From an uncultured Octadecabacter sp. (GTDB lineage: Bacteria > Pseudomonadota > Alphaproteobacteria > Rhodobacterales > Rhodobacteraceae), in NCBI GenBank assembly GCA_964406585.1, contig CAYOSK010000001.1, forward strand, positions 5,191-69,190: 64,000 nt of DNA, in the 5' to 3' direction. Positions 62,551-64,000 of the stretch are shown here, one piece after another. A program made the position numbers and the translations under genes. Within the stretch, counting starts at the first letter, position 1; each line of letters opens with the position of its first letter. The notes below the pieces were generated by a model. It worked only from the letters and a program-made list of their open reading frames with translations. It was not told the origin of the DNA and made no database searches.

Positions 62551-63486
62551 ATGAAGTCAACGATCTCAATTCTCGCACTTTGCGTTGCCACGACTGCCGC
62601 CGCGGATGGCCATGCAAACTGCGGCCTTGTCACATTTTCCGATGTAGGCTGGACGGACATCACCGCGACCACAGCCGCCACGACGGTCGTTCTGGAAGCA
62701 TTGGGCTATGAAACAGATGTCAAAGTTCTATCTGTTCCAGTTACTTACACATCACTCGCCGAAGGCGATGTTGACGTGTTCTTGGGCAACTGGATGCCGA
62801 CAATGGAAGGCGACATCGCATCCTACCGCGACGCTGGTACAGTCGACACCGTCCGCGCGAACCTTGAAGGCGCGAAATACACCCTCGCGACAAATGCCGC
62901 TGGTGCGGCCCTTGGAATCACCTCCTTTGACGCAATCGCGGCCAACGCAGACGCGTTGGAAGGCAAGATTTATGGAATCGAAGCGGGCAACGACGGCAAC
63001 CGGTTGATCATCGACATGATCGAGTCCGGCGCATTTGGTCTTGATGGCGATGCAATCGAAGTTGTCGAATCTTCTGAAGCAGGCATGCTCGCGCAAGTTG
63101 GCCGTGCATCCGAGCGTGACGAACCTGTTGTCTTCCTTGGCTGGGAACCCCACCCCATGAACGCCAATTACGACATGACGTATTTGGAAGGTGGCGATGA
63201 CTGGTTTGGCCCTGATCTGGGCGGTGCAACGGTATTTACCAACACCACCGCGGGCTATGTCGAAACATGCCCGAACGTTGGCAAGCTGCTGACAAACCTT
63301 GAATTCACGCTGGCCATGGAAAACGAAATCATGGGTGCGATCCTGAACGATGGGACCGATCCAGATGAAGCCGCAACAGCATGGATGGGCAACAACATGG
63401 ATGTTGTTATGGGCTGGCTTGATGGTGTGACAACGCTGGATGGCGGCGACTCTGTCGAGGCCGTAAAGGCCGCGCTGGACATCTAA
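62551..63486 (+). CDS. choX: Choline ABC transporter substrate-binding protein
   Basis: Signal peptide, SDVGWTDI, FLGNWMP and FLGWEPHPMN motifs. Confidence 0.92.
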   Translation: MKSTISILALCVATTAAADGHANCGLVTFSDVGWTDITATTAATTVVLEALGYETDVKVLSVPVTYTSLAEGDVDVFLGNWMPTMEGDIASYRDAGTVDTVRANLEGAKYTLATNAAGAALGITSFDAIAANADALEGKIYGIEAGNDGNRLIIDMIESGAFGLDGDAIEVVESSEAGMLAQVGRASERDEPVVFLGWEPHPMNANYDMTYLEGGDDWFGPDLGGATVFTNTTAGYVETCPNVGKLLTNLEFTLAMENEIMGAILNDGTDPDEAATAWMGNNMDVVMGWLDGVTTLDGGDSVEAVKAALDI

Positions 63487-63503
63487 CCGCACCAACATAC
63501 GAC

Positions 63504-63531
63504 AAGGGCCGCCCCATCGGGCGGCCCTTTT
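63504..63531 (+). terminator. Hairpin/attenuating terminator between choX and choW
   Basis: AAGGGCCGCCC-CATC-GGGCGGCCCTTTT. Confidence 0.7.
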
Positions 63532-63551
63532 AGATTGCAAAGGAAAAGCGT

Positions 63552-64000
63552 GTGGATTGGCTGACCGAAAACAAAATCCCTGTGGGCGACGTGGCAGAGG
63601 CCGGCTTTGACTGGCTGGAAAAACGGGGGCGCGCCTTTTTTGACGGTTTGGCCGACGCGATGGAGGCCTTGATCGACGCGATTTTATGGCTCCTGCAAAC
63701 CCCCCATCCGCTGATCATCATTGCAGGATTTGTTGCGCTGACTTGGGGATTACAACGCAACTGGAAAACCTGTGTGCTGATTGCCATCGGGTTCTTGTTC
63801 ATCCTGAATCAGGACTACTGGGAAGAAACCACCGAAAGCCTGACCTTGGTGCTGTCCGCTTGTGTTGTTTGCATGGGTTTGGGCGTGCCCATCGGGATTG
63901 CTGTGGCCCACCGCCCGCGATTGTATGCGTGGATGCGGCCCGTTTTGGACCTGATGCAAACGCTGCCAACCTTTGTTTATCTTATTCCCGCGATTGTATT
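63552..64000 (+). CDS. choW: Choline ABC transporter permease (3' truncated by window edge)
   Basis: AAGGAAA RBS and GTG start; MDWLTENKIPVG...LDLMQTLPTFVYLIPA. Confidence 0.9.
   Translation, partial: MDWLTENKIPVGDVAEAGFDWLEKRGRAFFDGLADAMEALIDAILWLLQTPHPLIIIAGFVALTWGLQRNWKTCVLIAIGFLFILNQDYWEETTESLTLVLSACVVCMGLGVPIGIAVAHRPRLYAWMRPVLDLMQTLPTFVYLIPAIV

Noticed and set aside
62752-63540. 262-aa minus-strand ORF
   Set aside because: It is an antisense shadow of choX.
1-64000. CRISPR arrays, IS elements, prophage or defence systems
   Set aside because: No spaced direct-repeat array, transposase, integrase or recognisable defence gene was seen by eye.

Overview
This window is mostly core chromosome of an alphaproteobacterium. 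Gene content and order point to the Roseobacter group of the Rhodobacteraceae (inference). From left to right it carries: a tatD-MBL hydrolase-AEC transporter block; a HIT gene; a 2309-aa repetitive RTX/VCBS/Ig-like surface protein abutting the 3' end of tRNA-Leu(GAG); two tandem DUF2306-like membrane genes divergent from a membrane-anchored LytTR regulator; lipB, a GT87-like glycosyltransferase and ctaD; carA; a GT2 gene with a perfect CtrA box; parE, lolCD, proS and hdaA-ppk-ppx; the propionyl-CoA assimilation cluster (scpA/mcm, pccA, pccB, pccR with TTTGCAAA boxes); and the betIBCA/choXW choline locus. No integrase, transposase, CRISPR array or rRNA was seen. The best leads are (1) a 181-aa membrane protein right after ctaD that looks like a diverged copy of CtaD helices IX-XII, (2) the LytTR plus tandem four-His DUF2306 module, (3) the modular giant adhesin with an unusual N-terminal 49-aa repeat, and (4) an unannotated small lipoprotein and a candidate sRNA inside the pcc cluster. 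All family assignments come from reading motifs by eye; no database searches were run.
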